Origin: Escherichia phage UPEC01
Reading direction: 5' to 3' (one strand)
Sequence record: MW233709
DNA: 64,000 nucleotides
Shown one piece after another: positions 32,184 to 41,472 of this stretch (within the stretch, counting starts at the first letter, position 1; each line of letters begins with the position of its first letter). The translations under genes and the position numbers were made by a program. The notes beneath the pieces were generated by a model. The model searched no databases. It was not told the DNA's origin and worked only from the letters and a program-made list of their open reading frames with translations.

Positions 32184-32470
32184 TGAAATCTATCATGGCA
32201 GTATGTTTGGCTATTGGACTCGTTTCATGTGCCCAGAAGCCCGTTGTGGAGCCCACAATCCAAGTTCATCCTAATTGGCCTGTTGCATTGGCTGATTACA
32301 AACAGCAATGGGAAGTTAAGGTAATTGAGGGTCAAGCCTGGGTTGGCATGCCTTTTGAAGCATCGCAAGAATTCAGGATTTGGATGAATGATGTAAAAAG
32401 GTATGTACATGACCAAAAAGGTATGTTATGTTATTATCGTTCTGAACTAAAAGAGGAACGTTGCAAATGA
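32180..32470 (+). CDS. o-spanin lipoprotein (PseT.2-like)
   Basis: Signal peptide with lipobox LVSC, short periplasmic protein with conserved Cys; T4 pseT.2 position. Confidence 0.6.
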   Translation: MMKSIMAVCLAIGLVSCAQKPVVEPTIQVHPNWPVALADYKQQWEVKVIEGQAWVGMPFEASQEFRIWMNDVKRYVHDQKGMLCYYRSELKEERCK

Positions 32471-32570
32471 TAGAGTGTAGCCTTGGTTGGGATATTGTTA
32501 GATTTGGTGCATTCTGTTTTTGTTTTGGAATTGCGGCCACTTTATGTGTTCAAGGTCTTTTTGGAAAGTA

Positions 32571-32598
32571 GTGTACAAACTCTTGGGAGCATTATACT
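32571..32598 (+). promoter_or_regulatory. early promoter cassette
   Basis: GTGTACA ... TATACT in loop of inverted repeat GGGAGC/GCTCCC. Confidence 0.5.
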
Positions 32599-32634
32599 CT
32601 GCTCCCACGGATTATAAAATTTGAGGAAATTATT

Positions 32635-33856
<1,222 letters not shown>

Positions 33857-33857
<1 letters not shown>

Positions 33858-34054
33858 TGAATAATATCGAAAAGATTTTTCGTACAATCGAAGAAATTGA
33901 AAAACGTAAATGCTTTTTCTTCGGCGTATGGCCTTTAACCGATGGACGTATTGGCCTGGATGTAATGGACTATAAAGATGAAGACAAGGTCGATGGCGGT
34001 ATCTTTAAATCCGCTCCAGAACTCTTGACCTTCTTGGAAGAACATTATGTATAA
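33857..34054 (+). CDS. hypothetical protein (65 aa)
   Basis: ATGA-coupled ORF. Confidence 0.4.
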
Positions 34055-34262
34055 CAAACACCATGAAGTTGAAGAAGAAGCTTATAAAGAGCTTCAGAAA
34101 CTGGTAGGGCAGAATATGTCTCCTGCTCTTATCAACAACCTGGCTGCACTGCGTAATGACCTCAATGAACGGTACAAGGGCGAATATTATGTTGAATTCG
34201 TTCCGCTGACTGAAGTCATTGACCGATTTATTGTTAATGTCAAGGTGCATACCGTCCATTAA
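34047..34262 (+). CDS. hypothetical protein (71 aa)
   Basis: Overlapping-coupled ORF. Confidence 0.4.
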   Translation: MYNKHHEVEEEAYKELQKLVGQNMSPALINNLAALRNDLNERYKGEYYVEFVPLTEVIDRFIVNVKVHTVH

Positions 34263-34287
34263 CGCTTTAAAAATTTTATGTTATAAT
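34263..34287 (+). promoter_or_regulatory. middle promoter candidate with conserved leader
   Basis: CGCTTTA box, 14 bp, TATAAT followed by GGGGTCTAGGTCC...GGATAC. Confidence 0.5.
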
Positions 34288-34333
34288 GGGGTCTAGGTCC
34301 TTTGGATACCCCAATAACTAAGCGAGAAAAGAA

Positions 34334-34612
34334 ATGTTTCCTACATATTCTGAAATTGTTAAAGTAGTTTTTAGTCAGATTGTATCTGATTATCTATACG
34401 AAAGCGTCGACGTGTCGACTGAACTAAAGGTGCATGGTCGTTTGTCTGCTATTCTGGAAATCATGTTCCCAGATGCAGTTGATGCAATCACTGTTCAACT
34501 CACACCTGGTGCAGCATTTGCAATTGTTCCGTTTAAAATTGATAACCACATTTTGGCTATTTCATGCAAAATGGACTTCCAGAAACAAACGGTAGTTGTC
34601 GAAGCAATTTAA
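34334..34612 (+). CDS. hypothetical protein (92 aa)
   Basis: ORF downstream of MotA-box-type promoter 34263-34287. Confidence 0.45.
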   Translation: MFPTYSEIVKVVFSQIVSDYLYESVDVSTELKVHGRLSAILEIMFPDAVDAITVQLTPGAAFAIVPFKIDNHILAISCKMDFQKQTVVVEAI

Positions 34613-34614
34613 GT

Positions 34615-34643
34615 GTTTACTTTCACCACGGATGGTGTATAAT
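34615..34643 (+). promoter_or_regulatory. early promoter
   Basis: GTTTAC, 17-bp spacer, TATAAT; hairpin CACCA/TGGTG in spacer. Confidence 0.55.
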
Positions 34644-34672
34644 GAATTTCATCAACACATGAGGAAAACAAA

Positions 34673-35215
34673 ATGAGTAATTTCTTTGAAGAAGGCAAGT
34701 TTTACAAGTTCGCATCTGAAAATGCCAAAAAACAGTTTATTGCCGGAGGCTGGGCAGCTAATTACCAAATTGCCAAATACATCGGTATGACTCCGTTTGA
34801 AGTTAAGATTGTCCCTGATACTGCTAGCGGTGGAAGAAAAGTTTGTGAGATTCGTTTGATTGATGAAAAGAATTTTGTGGATTTGGCAAAAATATCTGGT
34901 GCAGAAAACAGGCATCATGGGGCAATGTTTGTTTCTGCTGGTCCATTGTCTGATGAATTTGATTATTTCATCCAAGCGGAAGTTGGCGTTAAGCCAGAAG
35001 TTGAACCTGTGCCAGTAAAACTTGCATCAGTTTGGAAATTGCTTGTGGTTAAAAATGGCAAGATTGAGATTAACTCTCGTCATGTGTCAAAAGAATATGC
35101 GGAAGGCGAAGCAGAGCGTCTGTTAAACCATGGTACTGCAGAAGATTGCTATATTATCAAAGGCGATATCACAAAAGCTTCTATCATTAAACAAGTAAAA
35201 CAGGAGACAATCTGA
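34673..35215 (+). CDS. hypothetical protein (180 aa)
   Basis: ORF after early promoter 34615-34643; N-terminal GKFYKF...KKQFIAG motif shared with 22350 ORF. Confidence 0.5.
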   Translation: MSNFFEEGKFYKFASENAKKQFIAGGWAANYQIAKYIGMTPFEVKIVPDTASGGRKVCEIRLIDEKNFVDLAKISGAENRHHGAMFVSAGPLSDEFDYFIQAEVGVKPEVEPVPVKLASVWKLLVVKNGKIEINSRHVSKEYAEGEAERLLNHGTAEDCYIIKGDITKASIIKQVKQETI

Positions 35216-35460
35216 TGCTTAGCGAAACCCCAATTACTGTTGAAGAGTTCCACGAAAAAGTGAAAGCATTCGCTCAAGCGATGATTAACCGTGTATCAGA
35301 GCGATTCCCTAATGCGACTTTGCAAGTTATTCAGGAATCTGCACGCAGTTTTATGATTGTCATTAATCCGAAAATTACTCTAAAAGGTGGTGACCAATTG
35401 ACCCAACTGAAATTGGGTTCTGATGGTCTGGTTGAAGCGCAGCGAGTGTATATTCAATGA
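35215..35460 (+). CDS. hypothetical protein (81 aa)
   Basis: Coupled ORF. Confidence 0.45.
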   Translation: MLSETPITVEEFHEKVKAFAQAMINRVSERFPNATLQVIQESARSFMIVINPKITLKGGDQLTQLKLGSDGLVEAQRVYIQ

Positions 35461-35792
35461 TGAATTTAATGGATATTTTCCAGGAAGCACTTAAAAATGA
35501 TTTGGGTGACCATCGTAAGTTGGACCCGGAGACAGCCGCATTTATCAAAGTAACGCTTGCGAATGATGCTCTGTTTAAAAGTATTCACCCAAGTAATTAT
35601 GATGCGGTTGTTATTACAGAAGCTCCTGTAGAAATTGGTGAGCGAATGTTTGGGGTGATTTTTGGCGATAAGAAAAAACGCTTCAGCGACGGTGATAGTA
35701 TAATTACAACACATGTTAAGAGCATTACTAAATTGCGACATGAATTATATCGTGTTGAAACTATTAAAACCAATTATCTCGTGGTGATGTAA
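35457..35792 (+). CDS. hypothetical protein (111 aa)
   Basis: ATGA-coupled ORF. Confidence 0.45.
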   Translation: MMNLMDIFQEALKNDLGDHRKLDPETAAFIKVTLANDALFKSIHPSNYDAVVITEAPVEIGERMFGVIFGDKKKRFSDGDSIITTHVKSITKLRHELYRVETIKTNYLVVM

Positions 35793-36374
35793 ATGAAACC
35801 AACTACTGTTCTGCAAATCGCATACCTTGTATCTCAAGAATCCAAATGTTGCTCCTGGAAAGTGGGAGCTGTTATTGAAAAGAATGGCCGCATTATTTCT
35901 ACAGGGTATAATGGTTCCCCTGCGGGTGGGGTTAACTGTTGCGAGCATGCGGAAGAGCAAGGTTGGTTACTGAATAAACCTAAACCTGTTCTCGTCCCTG
36001 GTCATAAGCCAGAATGTGTGAGATTCAGTAAGGTTGACCGTTTTGTATTGGCGAAAGCCCATCGCGAAGAACATTCTGCATGGTCAAAGAACAACGAAAT
36101 TCATGCCGAGCTTAATGCGATTCTGTTCGCAGCCAGAATGGGTTCATCAATTGAAGGCGCTACTATGTATGTGACGCTTTCTCCTTGCCCTGATTGTGCA
36201 AAGGCAATTTCTCAATCAGGAATCAAGAAATTGGTTTACTGTGAAACGTATGATAAGAATATTCCTGGTTGGGATGATATCCTGAAGAACGCGGGAATTG
36301 AGGTGTTCAATGTGCCTAAGCGTAGTTTAGACAAATTGAACTGGGAAAACATTAACGAATTTTGTGGTGAATAA
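35793..36374 (+). CDS. cd: dCMP deaminase
   Basis: 193 aa; zinc-binding HAE and PCxxC motifs (CEHAEEQ, SPCPDCAKAI); size identical to T4 Cd. Confidence 0.9.
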   Translation: MKPTTVLQIAYLVSQESKCCSWKVGAVIEKNGRIISTGYNGSPAGGVNCCEHAEEQGWLLNKPKPVLVPGHKPECVRFSKVDRFVLAKAHREEHSAWSKNNEIHAELNAILFAARMGSSIEGATMYVTLSPCPDCAKAISQSGIKKLVYCETYDKNIPGWDDILKNAGIEVFNVPKRSLDKLNWENINEFCGE

Positions 36375-36607
36375 TGAAATTTCGTCTAGTTAAGTTTTCA
36401 GGTCTGAACTCAAAAGGTGAAAACCTGGTAGCCTTTTCAGTAGAATATAAAAAGTACTTTTTCTCTCGTTGGAAATCGTACTATAAATCTGAGTGGGTTC
36501 GCGCCGAAATGAAATATAAAACGGTGCCTATTCTTGATAATTGTCATAGCCTATTAAGAGCTCTAAAAGAGCGTAATGCAACAACCATTAAAACTGTTTT
36601 GGAATAA
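36374..36607 (+). CDS. hypothetical protein (77 aa)
   Basis: TAATG-coupled ORF. Confidence 0.4.
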   Translation: MKFRLVKFSGLNSKGENLVAFSVEYKKYFFSRWKSYYKSEWVRAEMKYKTVPILDNCHSLLRALKERNATTIKTVLE

Positions 36608-36609
36608 TT

Positions 36610-36909
36610 ATGATTTTAACTGAACAAGAAACAATTCGTCTCCGTGAAAAAGTCAAGACTATTTTGTCTGTTGGTTTTCACGAAGTTCTGTTTGAAAAAG
36701 CAGATGGTAGCATCCGTCGTATGACTTGTACTCGCGACCTGGACCTGCTGCCGTATAAAGAAATCCAGACCCCTGGACCAGAAGCTCATAAAGAACCAGT
36801 TAGCTATATCCGGGTATTTGATACCAAGCTTAATGAATGGCGTTCATTCTGTTTCAATAAATTGATTTCCGTGAATGGACTACAGACCGAGACACTGCTT
36901 GTCCTTTAA
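36610..36909 (+). CDS. hypothetical protein (99 aa)
   Basis: ORF. Confidence 0.45.
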   Translation: MILTEQETIRLREKVKTILSVGFHEVLFEKADGSIRRMTCTRDLDLLPYKEIQTPGPEAHKEPVSYIRVFDTKLNEWRSFCFNKLISVNGLQTETLLVL

Positions 36910-36940
36910 TGCTTCAAACGGTGCGTGTTATTATTAATAC

Positions 36941-37288
36941 ATGACCAAACAACATGGATTAAATATGGAATTACCAATTAAAGCAGTAGGTGAATATATT
37001 ATTTTGGTTTCTGAGCCAAAGCAAGCTGGTGATGAAGAAACTACGGCATCAGGTATCGTTATCGGAAAACTCCATCAGGGTGAAATCCCAGAGATGTGTG
37101 AAGTATTTTCGATTGGTCCGGATGTTCCTGAAGGTTTCTGTGAAGTGGGTGATTTGACTCCTCTTCCGGTTGGCAAGATTGCAAACGTTCCACATCCTCT
37201 GGTTGCTCTGGGACTTAAGCAGGCTAAAGAAGTTAAGCAGAAATTTGTGACCTGTCATTATAAAGCTGTTCCTTGTCTTTATAAGTAA
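36941..37288 (+). CDS. 31: co-chaperonin gp31 (GroES-like)
   Basis: [63 protein letters not shown] match T4 gp31; start could be 36965. Confidence 0.9.
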   Translation: MTKQHGLNMELPIKAVGEYIILVSEPKQAGDEETTASGIVIGKLHQGEIPEMCEVFSIGPDVPEGFCEVGDLTPLPVGKIANVPHPLVALGLKQAKEVKQKFVTCHYKAVPCLYK

Positions 37289-37297
37289 AATTAGCGT

Positions 37298-37305
37298 TAT
37301 AAATA
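37298..37305 (+). promoter_or_regulatory. late promoter candidate upstream of rIII-like gene
   Basis: TATAAATA on + strand. Confidence 0.4.
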
Positions 37306-37445
37306 ATAATATGGATTGGCTGCCGGACCCGTTAGTTAACCGGAGAATCCTAAACGGTGGACTACAACTGAGAGACTTGCCGAAAGGAAGTGAAATTCAG
37401 AAGAACGTGTCCACCAAATATTCACCTCGTATTGAGGCTTCTAAA

Positions 37446-37700
37446 ATGTCTTTAAATAAACAATTACAACACGCTCTTGAACTGCAACGCACTGCATGGA
37501 ATAACGGTCACGAAAACTACGGCGCATCTATTGATGTTGAAGCCGAAGCACTGGAAATTCTGCAGTATTTCAAACATCTTAACCCGATTCAAACCGACCT
37601 TCGCGCAGTGCTCGAAGCAAAAGATGAACTGAAATTTGCTAAGCCGCTGGCATCTGCTGCGCGTAAAGCTGTTCGTCATTTTGTCGTAACCCTGAAGTAA
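37446..37700 (+). CDS. rIII: rIII-like lysis inhibition accessory protein (84 aa)
   Basis: ATG with GAGG RBS; 84 aa right after gene 31, as T4 rIII (82 aa); assignment positional. Confidence 0.4.
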   Translation: MSLNKQLQHALELQRTAWNNGHENYGASIDVEAEALEILQYFKHLNPIQTDLRAVLEAKDELKFAKPLASAARKAVRHFVVTLK

Positions 37701-38097
37701 GCTGTAGGTGATTCGCTACCTTAGTGCGGCTAGAAAATCGAGGAGCCGCCGAATTATCTGATTAATGATTTGCGAATCATTATAGTTTTAGACCCCGATA
37801 ATTTTGTGGTGTACCTCTTGAATGTTATTCTTATAGCGGCAAGTGCATGCTACCCCGAGGTGATGGCCAATCGGGAGTACGCCTCAAGGCCTATATATCC
37901 ATCAGTATATATCTTATCCTCGAGAAATCGAACCCGGAACCTTTAAGCTAACGGTGTGCAACAGATAAGAGCTATAAGGTATGATGACGAGGTTTATGGT
38001 TATCCTGTCGTTAAATATCCGAAACCTAATGTTCCCTTCGAGGGCTTGCGCAGGCAATGCCAATAAGTCCTGCATTCTATTTTAAAGAGAATTTAAT

Positions 38098-38259
38098 ATG
38101 GCTAAGAAAGAAGTTAAAGTTGTTGATGGCTCCTCCAAACGCGATGGTTACAAGCGTGCGTCCAACAAGCGAATCAATCAGGTAACTGATAAACTTCAGG
38201 CTCGTGCTCGTGCGGTATTGCGTGCCGATGCAGCTTGCTTTGGTAAGCCGAAAGCATAA
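38098..38259 (+). CDS. small highly basic protein (53 aa)
   Basis: ATG ORF MAKKEVKVVDGSSKRDGYKRASNKR...; followed by strong terminator 38265-38290. Confidence 0.4.
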   Translation: MAKKEVKVVDGSSKRDGYKRASNKRINQVTDKLQARARAVLRADAACFGKPKA

Positions 38260-38264
38260 GTTCA

Positions 38265-38290
38265 GGGACTCTTCGGAGTCCCTTTTTTAT
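38265..38290 (+). terminator. intrinsic terminator
   Basis: GGGACTC-TTCG-GAGTCCC plus TTTTTTATTTT. Confidence 0.75.
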
Positions 38291-38304
38291 TTTCCATAAA
38301 GGGG

Positions 38305-38333
38305 TTTACAACAGGGTTGGTCCAGTGCATAAT
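38305..38333 (+). promoter_or_regulatory. early promoter cassette
   Basis: GTTTACA ... CATAAT after terminator; conserved block 38334-38354. Confidence 0.6.
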
Positions 38334-38374
38334 GATTCCATACTGAGTTACACAATAAAACACTGGAGAATAAA

Positions 38375-38743
38375 ATGAAAATCAATCTTAACTCATACAT
38401 CAAAGGTAAAGACCACGACGGTTACAAAGCCATTGAAACTAAAGAAATGCAATGGCACTTGTATAAAGAACAATTTGAATTCGTTTCTTGCATGACTCCA
38501 GAAGGTCCTTCTGATGACTTCTCCTGGAAAATTATGGTAACAAACTTTTTTACTGGTGATACCTACGAACTGAAAACTTTGATTCTTGGTAAGATTCGTT
38601 GTAAGACCTATGAAGATGAAGAAACTGGTTATTCTGAAGATGTTACATGGTATCAAAATGGTCGCACCACTGCTGATGATTTGATTGAAAAAATGAAAGC
38701 TAAGGGTGAATTAAATTTAGATAATTGGATTAAAGTCGCATAA
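38375..38743 (+). CDS. hypothetical protein (122 aa)
   Basis: GGAGAATAAAATG RBS after early promoter 38305-38333. Confidence 0.5.
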   Translation: MKINLNSYIKGKDHDGYKAIETKEMQWHLYKEQFEFVSCMTPEGPSDDFSWKIMVTNFFTGDTYELKTLILGKIRCKTYEDEETGYSEDVTWYQNGRTTADDLIEKMKAKGELNLDNWIKVA

Positions 38744-38747
38744 AACA

Positions 38748-38776
38748 GTTTACTTTGGTACAGGTTATGATATTAT
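38748..38776 (+). promoter_or_regulatory. early promoter cassette
   Basis: GTTTAC, 17-bp spacer, TATTAT; 9-bp inverted repeat 38757-38765/38779-38787 brackets -10. Confidence 0.55.
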
Positions 38777-38814
38777 AGACCTGTACCAACAAATGAAAAC
38801 AACTGGAGAATAAA

Positions 38815-39180
38815 ATGAACTACATCAACTTTGAACGCAAATATGTTTCTAACTGCATCCCAGGTTCTTCTGAAGTTATTTGCTTGTGGAAACATAAAAA
38901 TGGTTCAGTGTGCGAAATTGAGCAGTATATGACTCCTAACTACGTTTATATGCGATTTGAAAATGGTATCACTCTTTCAATCACTATGACTGGTTCAACT
39001 TTTAAAATTGCTTTAGATGATGATTTCCGTGAACGTGATTTAGGGACTCATCCTTGCTGGAATGGTGTTAATCGCAAGCTGTTGGTTAAAACTTGGATTC
39101 GTCATATCCTGGGTAACAAAGCAAAACCTGAACACCTGGAAGCAATCTTTGATGTAGTTCTTAATGAATTTGATATCTAA
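38815..39180 (+). CDS. hypothetical protein (121 aa)
   Basis: GGAGAATAAAATG RBS after early promoter 38748-38776. Confidence 0.5.
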   Translation: MNYINFERKYVSNCIPGSSEVICLWKHKNGSVCEIEQYMTPNYVYMRFENGITLSITMTGSTFKIALDDDFRERDLGTHPCWNGVNRKLLVKTWIRHILGNKAKPEHLEAIFDVVLNEFDI

Positions 39181-39217
39181 TCTTAAATGGGGGCGAAAGC
39201 CCCTTGAGGAAAATACT

Positions 39218-39505
39218 ATGTTTATGACTACTTACTTTGATACACGTAAAAATTTCTGTGAAGTTGTTTTCTCTAAAAAAGGCCCTAATGTTCCTGCTGG
39301 GTGTGAACCAACACGCGATTCCATTAAGAACTATGTTGATGTAGTTTGCCCAGTTGAATTCAGGACTGTTAATGGACGTGATACTCTGGCAATCACCAAG
39401 CTTAGACGCGACATTGATATTGACCCAATTGCGGCGCGGGAAATTAATTCATCTGATATTAATGGCGGTAATGTTAAATCGCGCGGTTTCCTGACGAGGT
39501 TCTAA
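39218..39505 (+). CDS. hypothetical protein (95 aa)
   Basis: ATG at 39218 after GAGGAAAATACT RBS and GNRA hairpin. Confidence 0.45.
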   Translation: MFMTTYFDTRKNFCEVVFSKKGPNVPAGCEPTRDSIKNYVDVVCPVEFRTVNGRDTLAITKLRRDIDIDPIAAREINSSDINGGNVKSRGFLTRF

Positions 39506-39699
39506 TGCAACTATTCTTATCACAAACAGTTCAGTTAAAAGGTGTGGGTATTCCTGGAATGATTTCTAAGGTCTTACCTGCTTTTAAATTGGGTAATAAC
39601 CAAATTAAAGAAGCCTATGTAGTCCTGTGGGTTGATGGAACTGAAGATGTTCGCATGGACGGTGAACTGTCTGTAATCAAATGTTTAAGGCGAGGATAA
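39505..39699 (+). CDS. hypothetical protein (64 aa)
   Basis: TAATG-coupled ORF. Confidence 0.4.
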   Translation: MQLFLSQTVQLKGVGIPGMISKVLPAFKLGNNQIKEAYVVLWVDGTEDVRMDGELSVIKCLRRG

Positions 39700-39700
39700 T

Positions 39701-39913
39701 ATGTTTAAGAAACTGATTCAGAAAATTTTGGGCACAGAAATGGTTGAAGTTACTTATCGCGTAACTGACGTGAGTCCATGGGCCCGAAATATTGAACCAT
39801 ATACTAAAACAATTAAAATGCTGAAATCTGACGGTGGATTATCTATTAAAGACCGTCTACCTGGTTATGGTCATTGGGCTGATGTAGATATTATCAGTGT
39901 CAAAGATGTCTGA
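39701..39913 (+). CDS. hypothetical protein (70 aa)
   Basis: ORF with GAGG RBS. Confidence 0.4.
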   Translation: MFKKLIQKILGTEMVEVTYRVTDVSPWARNIEPYTKTIKMLKSDGGLSIKDRLPGYGHWADVDIISVKDV

Positions 39914-40364
39914 GTTAGAAATCAGAAGCAATTTCCCATGGCCATCATGTGCATTAAGTAACTTTGCTAAATGGCCTTTTGTTATGGATGGCATCCAGTT
40001 TGGAGGTCTTGAAGGCTTCCTCCAAGGGTGTAAGGTGAGAAATCATGAACAACAAAAACGTATATTTGGGATGTCCGGTCTGGCCGCACAACAAACTGGA
40101 AGAGCTTATGCTAGAGCTGCGGACCGTGGGACGCTTTTCTGGCTTGGAATTCCCTTTTCAAGATACTCTGCATCATGGAAAGAGTTGTATACAAATGCTT
40201 ATTTTGAAGCAGCGCTTCAAAACAAAGGATTCCGCGACGCATTACAAGCTACAAAGGGCAAAGTTTTAAAGCATTCGATGGCGAGCCACCTTACTGTTCA
40301 TGATACAATATTGACTGAACAAGAATTTATTGACATACTTAACCAATTGAGAGATGCATTATGA
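39897..40364 (+). CDS. NADAR-like (YbiA/DUF1768-like) protein, candidate N-glycosidase / ADP-ribose processing enzyme
   Basis: 155 aa; SNFAKWPF..DG..F...E...Q..K pattern and overall length resemble NADAR/YbiA-family domains; from memory of family motifs, not verified. Confidence 0.45.
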   Translation: MSKMSELEIRSNFPWPSCALSNFAKWPFVMDGIQFGGLEGFLQGCKVRNHEQQKRIFGMSGLAAQQTGRAYARAADRGTLFWLGIPFSRYSASWKELYTNAYFEAALQNKGFRDALQATKGKVLKHSMASHLTVHDTILTEQEFIDILNQLRDAL

Positions 40365-41185
40365 AACCCGTTATTTTAACAGATATTGATGGCGTATGTT
40401 TGTCATGGCAGTCTGGCTTGCCTTATTTCGCCCAAAAATATAATTTACCCCTGGAACATATCCTTAAGATGATTCAGGATGAAAAATTTGTGACCCCTGG
40501 TAAACTGTTCAATTGTGATGAAGAGTTGGGAGCACAGTTGATTGAGAAATATAACTGTTCAGATTTTATTCGCTATTTGTCTCCTTACGCAGATGCATTA
40601 GGGGTTATTAATAACCTCAAAGAGCAATATGATTTTGTGGCTGTTACGGCTCTGGGTGATTCCATTGATGCCCGTCTGAATCGTCAATTCAACCTGAATG
40701 CTTTGTTCCCTGGCGCATTTAAAGAAGTGATGATGTGCGGCCATACAGCCTCTAAAGAAGAGTTATTTCAGAAAGCGAAGACCAAATATAATGTCGTTTG
40801 TTATATTGATGACCTTGCACACCATTGCGACCATGCGAGTGAAATCCTTGAAGTCCCGGTTTATTGGATGGCTCGTGGCGAACGTGATGCTATTCCTAAA
40901 ACAGCTTCCAAAGTTTTTAATTGGGACGATGTTGCTGGACAGCTTAAGTTGAAACACAAAGATGAACCGGTCAAACCCGAATTCACCCCAGATGAACTCC
41001 GTAAACTGGAAGAGTTGTTTCGTGAAAGTCGACGTCTTCAACAACAAATGCAGCAAGGATGGCAACCAGGTCAACCATGGACCCCTGGATATAATCCAGC
41101 ATATCCATATCAATATGGCCAGCGCGTAGGTACTGGTATTGAATACTGGTACAATCAACCGACCGGTGGCCAAGGGGGTAATTGA
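40361..41185 (+). CDS. HAD-superfamily hydrolase-like protein with Q/P/Y/G-rich C-terminal tail
   Basis: 274 aa; N-terminal ILTDIDGV (DxDG HAD motif I), later CYIDD; C-terminal 50 aa low-complexity. Confidence 0.5.
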   Translation: MKPVILTDIDGVCLSWQSGLPYFAQKYNLPLEHILKMIQDEKFVTPGKLFNCDEELGAQLIEKYNCSDFIRYLSPYADALGVINNLKEQYDFVAVTALGDSIDARLNRQFNLNALFPGAFKEVMMCGHTASKEELFQKAKTKYNVVCYIDDLAHHCDHASEILEVPVYWMARGERDAIPKTASKVFNWDDVAGQLKLKHKDEPVKPEFTPDELRKLEELFRESRRLQQQMQQGWQPGQPWTPGYNPAYPYQYGQRVGTGIEYWYNQPTGGQGGN

Positions 41186-41463
41186 TGTTTGTCGTTCATA
41201 CTATTTCTGACCGTGGCCCAACTACCACGATGGATTACGGTCATGTTAACCAGTTTATTCGTCATGTGAATCATAATTACTCGTTTGATATTAATCCGGC
41301 TAAAGATAATCCTGTTTGGCGGGAATGTGTTGAACAAGGATTTATCTATGTTCACTTCATGACTAAAATGAAACCAGATGGTGCAACTAAATTTGTGCTC
41401 ACTTATCATAAGCGTCTGGATTTGCTTTTGGAAGACGTGGCATATAATAGAGTCAACGACTAA
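41182..41463 (+). CDS. hypothetical protein (93 aa)
   Basis: ATGA-coupled ORF. Confidence 0.45.
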   Translation: MMFVVHTISDRGPTTTMDYGHVNQFIRHVNHNYSFDINPAKDNPVWRECVEQGFIYVHFMTKMKPDGATKFVLTYHKRLDLLLEDVAYNRVND

Positions 41464-41472
41464 GAGGTGATT

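Noticed and set aside
37900-37995. tRNA-like T-loop sequence (AATCGAACC on + strand, i.e. GGTTCGATT on - strand)
   Set aside because: The flanking bases do not form a convincing T-stem, acceptor stem or D-arm when folded by eye; not called as tRNA. A tRNA scan would settle it.
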